Virus record (IMG/VR): IMGVR_UViG_3300024346_006382
DNA: 20,000 nt
Strand: one strand, 5' to 3'
Origin: an uncultured virus (IMG/VR IMGVR_UViG_3300024346_006382)
Taxonomy: Duplodnaviria > Heunggongvirae > Uroviricota > Caudoviricetes
Each line of letters starts with the position of its first letter. Positions within the stretch are counted from its first letter, which is position 1. Both the position numbers and the translations under genes were made by a program. The notes beneath the pieces were generated by a model. That model was not told the origin of the DNA. It saw only the letters and a program-made list of their open reading frames with translations, and did not search any database. Positions 17,586 through 20,000 of this stretch are shown here, piece by piece.

Positions 17586-17610
17586 AAAAAAGCACTACGA
17601 ATAGTGCTTG
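17586..17610 (-). terminator. Intrinsic terminator with a UUCG loop
   Basis: Minus strand AAGCACTA-TTCG-TAGTGCTT running into a T6 tract. Confidence 0.88.
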
Positions 17611-17636
17611 ATTGTAACTTCCCATCCCGTTGAGAT
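17586..17636 (-). ncRNA. Candidate ~50-nt small RNA, or simply a structured 3' UTR
   Basis: A GATAAATA box at 17641-17648 overlaps the HNH stop codon and is followed by ATCTCAACGGGATGGGAAG... and then the UUCG terminator. No ORF of meaningful length fits in this stretch. Confidence 0.3.
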
Positions 17637-17643
17637 ATTGTAT

Positions 17644-18405
17644 TTATCTTATCTTACGCTTTTTGCCACCAAGTTGCCAACCATCATCTAAGTAACACTG
17701 TAGTGTATCTTTCTTTACTTTCTTTTCTGTATTGTCTTTGTTGATACTGATACAACCAATATTAGCTTTTGCTACATTAGAACCATGTCCTTCTTTTTTC
17801 TTTATACCTTTAGAATTTTCTGATATTTTTATTTTTTGTTCTTCACTCATTGGACCTTTTAGTTTACCTTTTAGTGCTATGCTTTTTTTCAGTTTTGCCT
17901 CATCACTATCTTTTCTTCCAGTTACTTTTGCTATTCTTTTTTGTTGACCTTCTGCTTGTTTAATAGGATCTATTTTTCTATTTCGAGCCGCATTTTGTAA
18001 ATTTTCTCTATGCTCATCTGTTATCTCTACTCCACCTTTATTCCACGGCACAAGGTTTTTAGCTTTCATAACTTTGGAATGATTAATTGAATGTTCTATT
18101 CTATATGTTTCATATACTCTTGCTGTTATTTTTGTATGATATCGTTGTTGATGTTTATTTTCTGCCTTCATTCCTTTAAGAGCATATAGCATCTTACTTC
18201 TATCATCTCCTTCTGTCATTTTAACTAATAACCAATGACATATAAAATGTTCTCTTGCTGTTAGTTCTACTAAGTTTTCTTTGTCATTATTACCACCCAT
18301 TGATTGCGGGATGATATGATGTAGTTCAGTATAGCCCTCAATAATGCGTTGCTTTGCATTAGAAGTTATCTTGTAATAGAGTTTGGAGTATTTGTTTGTT
18401 ATCAT
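17644..18405 (-). CDS. Free-standing HNH homing endonuclease (T4 Mob-like) with NUMOD3-like C-terminal repeats (253 aa)
   Basis: ELHHIIPQSMGG...ENLVELTAREHFICHWLL is an intact HNH motif. The Lys-rich C-terminus has ITDEHRENL, DSDEAKLKKS and MSEEQKIKIS repeats and a terminal GWQLG. The ATG at 18405 is preferred over the GTG at 18429. Confidence 0.88.
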   Translation of the reverse strand: MITNKYSKLYYKITSNAKQRIIEGYTELHHIIPQSMGGNNDKENLVELTAREHFICHWLLVKMTEGDDRSKMLYALKGMKAENKHQQRYHTKITARVYETYRIEHSINHSKVMKAKNLVPWNKGGVEITDEHRENLQNAARNRKIDPIKQAEGQQKRIAKVTGRKDSDEAKLKKSIALKGKLKGPMSEEQKIKISENSKGIKKKEGHGSNVAKANIGCISINKDNTEKKVKKDTLQCYLDDGWQLGGKKRKIR

Positions 18406-18410
18406 AATAG

Positions 18411-18418
18411 TATTTATA
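18411..18418 (-). promoter_or_regulatory. Perfect T4 late promoter consensus TATAAATA
   Basis: TATAAATA-CTATT-ATG of the HNH gene. Confidence 0.75.
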
Positions 18419-18449
18419 CATAATCTCACATTTCACTAATTTTAGATAC

Positions 18450-18475
18450 AAAAAAGGGCACTTTCGTGCCCCTTT
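18450..18475 (-). terminator. Intrinsic terminator after the major capsid gene
   Basis: Minus strand GGGCAC-GAAA-GTGCCC-TTTTTT (GNRA loop). Confidence 0.9.
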
Positions 18476-18516
18476 GTGTTGATAATATCGGTAAAGATAT
18501 TAAAGTGTAATGAATT

Positions 18517-19713
18517 TCACTGGAAGGTCAAATTCTGTACAGCTATCTCTCCAACATAGTCGGCAGCATTACCAAAACTCGATGCAGTATTAGTAAGCTC
18601 TATGTAGCCATAACGTGTCATAAATGATACGACTGGTTCGAATGTTGATGGATCTAGAACAACACCACTGCTCATCAATGGAATGTATGGGCAATAGAAT
18701 GCTGCCGCGTCAGTTTCGCTAGAACCTTTATAGCCAACCAATACTGGTGTAGTATCAGGAGCATAACTGTCAACAAACACACGCATAGCGCCGTTCAATG
18801 TACCAACGAACTTAGTGTTAGTTGGAGCTTCGAATGTACCTTCTGTAGTACGAGCAAAAGCACTAGTAGTTGCAGACTGTAGAACAGTCAAGGCAGCACT
18901 AGAAACAACAGCCCAGTTACCAGCACCACGACGAGTGCGTTGTGCAATCAAGTTAGCAACACGATTGATTAGAACAGCTAGTGCAGCGTGTTCGTCACCA
19001 ACGTAAGTAGCTGTACCTGATACAGTAGCTTGGTTGTATGTATACTCTGTACTTGCTAGAGTACGTAATGACAAGAGAATTTCTTGGTCAATCTCAGCAG
19101 TAATTTCTTGTGCTAGAGCGGCCATGATTTCTGCTTCTACGTCGATACCATGTTGAGACTGAGCATCTTGTGCTGCCTCAAATGTCCAACGTGCTTGCAA
19201 TTTACGTGATTTAGCTTCAACAGCTTGACGTAGAATCTGAACACTGATTTGCTTACCACCGTTGCCTTCAAGGGCAGCAGTATCGTTAGCAGTATAAGAG
19301 CTAGATGTTGAAGTAGCTTGTGGTGTACGTGAATATGCTTGAGCAATCAAGAATGGACTTAATGCTTCTTGACCAGCTGTTACACTAGTATTGGCAGCAC
19401 TTGAATCCGTTAATGATTGAGCATAACGAACACGTAGAGTGTGAATTTGACCAACTGGTCCTGTCATTGGCTGAACGCCTACCAATTCGTTAGCGATAAC
19501 GGTTGGCATGACACGACGGATAACTGGAAGAATCACACGGTTTAGTGTAGCGATATTACCAGCTGTTGTTGTACCGGCTGAAGATTCAGCTAGTAACTGT
19601 CTTTTGGTGTTTTCTAAAATAACACCCATTGTTGAACGGCGAGTTCCTTTTAAGCCTTCTAACAGAGCTTCTTTGGTCTCGTCCCAACGGCTTTCTAAGA
19701 GTACTTTTGACAT
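18517..19713 (-). CDS. gp23: Major capsid protein, T4 gp23 family (398 aa)
   Basis: Characteristic motifs RRVMPTVIANELVGVQPMTGPVGQI, AKSRKLQARWTFEAAQD, LAQEITAEIDQEI, GYKGSSETDAAAFYCPYIPL, DPSTFEP and TRYG. Strong TAGGAG SD and biased codon usage. Confidence 0.96.
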   Translation of the reverse strand: MSKVLLESRWDETKEALLEGLKGTRRSTMGVILENTKRQLLAESSAGTTTAGNIATLNRVILPVIRRVMPTVIANELVGVQPMTGPVGQIHTLRVRYAQSLTDSSAANTSVTAGQEALSPFLIAQAYSRTPQATSTSSSYTANDTAALEGNGGKQISVQILRQAVEAKSRKLQARWTFEAAQDAQSQHGIDVEAEIMAALAQEITAEIDQEILLSLRTLASTEYTYNQATVSGTATYVGDEHAALAVLINRVANLIAQRTRRGAGNWAVVSSAALTVLQSATTSAFARTTEGTFEAPTNTKFVGTLNGAMRVFVDSYAPDTTPVLVGYKGSSETDAAAFYCPYIPLMSSGVVLDPSTFEPVVSFMTRYGYIELTNTASSFGNAADYVGEIAVQNLTFQ

Positions 19714-19741
19714 TTTATATTTCTCCTAATGATGTCTTTTT

Positions 19742-20000
19742 TTAAAGCCCTGCCAGACGCTTGATATCGATAACGTTATCACGTTGTTCCATATCAACTT
19801 CTTGTTTGGCAGCTTTATCCCCAGTTGCTTCTACTATAACTGATTCTGTTAGTTTAGCTTTATTAGCTGGTTTAACATTACCGTTATTTAGAACTGCTGG
19901 AAGATACTTATCGAAAGCGGCTTGTAGACGTGGTGTCTGGACGCTTTCTAGTAAGTTCTGCATTACTGTAGCCTTTTCTTCGTTCAATGTAGCGAGTAAT
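19742..20000 (-). CDS. Prohead core scaffold protein (gp22-like), C-terminal part; start lies beyond the right edge
   Basis: The frame is open to the window edge (...LLATLNEEK...). It lies immediately upstream of gp23, has LxE protease-type sites (LLES, LTES) and ends in IKRLAGL. The assignment relies mainly on synteny. Confidence 0.75.
   Translation of the reverse strand, partial: LLATLNEEKATVMQNLLESVQTPRLQAAFDKYLPAVLNNGNVKPANKAKLTESVIVEATGDKAAKQEVDMEQRDNVIDIKRLAGL

Noticed and set aside
17644..18516. Group I intron or intein carrying the HNH within the capsid gene
   Set aside because: gp23 appears complete with its own stop and terminator, and no downstream exon or intron core is visible. 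The endonuclease is free-standing.
15934..19729. Short overlapping ORFs (15934-16116, 16254-16574, 17369-17575, 17732-17947, 18815-19006, 19137-19346, 19508-19729)
   Set aside because: They lie in alternative frames or antisense to well-supported genes and carry no recognisable motifs.
1..20000. Stop-codon reassignment
   Set aside because: Multi-kilobase ORFs are intact in the standard code, and TAA, TAG (14853) and TGA (18517) all end genes at sensible positions next to terminators.

Overview
AT-rich window from a large T4-like (gp23-type capsid) tailed phage, covering the head and virion-appendage region. Almost all genes are on the minus strand. In transcription order (right to left): 3' end of the prohead scaffold gene (gp22-like); major capsid protein (gp23-like); a free-standing HNH homing endonuclease; two paralogous six-repeat Kelch-like proteins; a 227-aa helical hypothetical protein; a small plus-strand Cys-rich gene with a degenerate HNH fold; and three giant N/G/T/A-rich repetitive fibre-like proteins. 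The third fibre gene (start 4382) runs off the left edge and is missing from the ORF track. T4-late-type TAAATA boxes and intrinsic terminators punctuate the region. Most notable observations: (1) a 2.7-kb three-gene cassette bounded by two near-identical (23/25 nt) terminator hairpins, encoding propellers with a fixed framework and hypervariable loops; (2) an abrupt synonymous-codon shift in the last ~29 codons of the capsid gene next to the homing endonuclease; (3) a possible ~50-nt promoter-to-terminator RNA; (4) leaderless and hairpin-gated late gene starts; (5) module swapping among the fibre genes. All functional calls come from motif recognition by eye; no database search was run.
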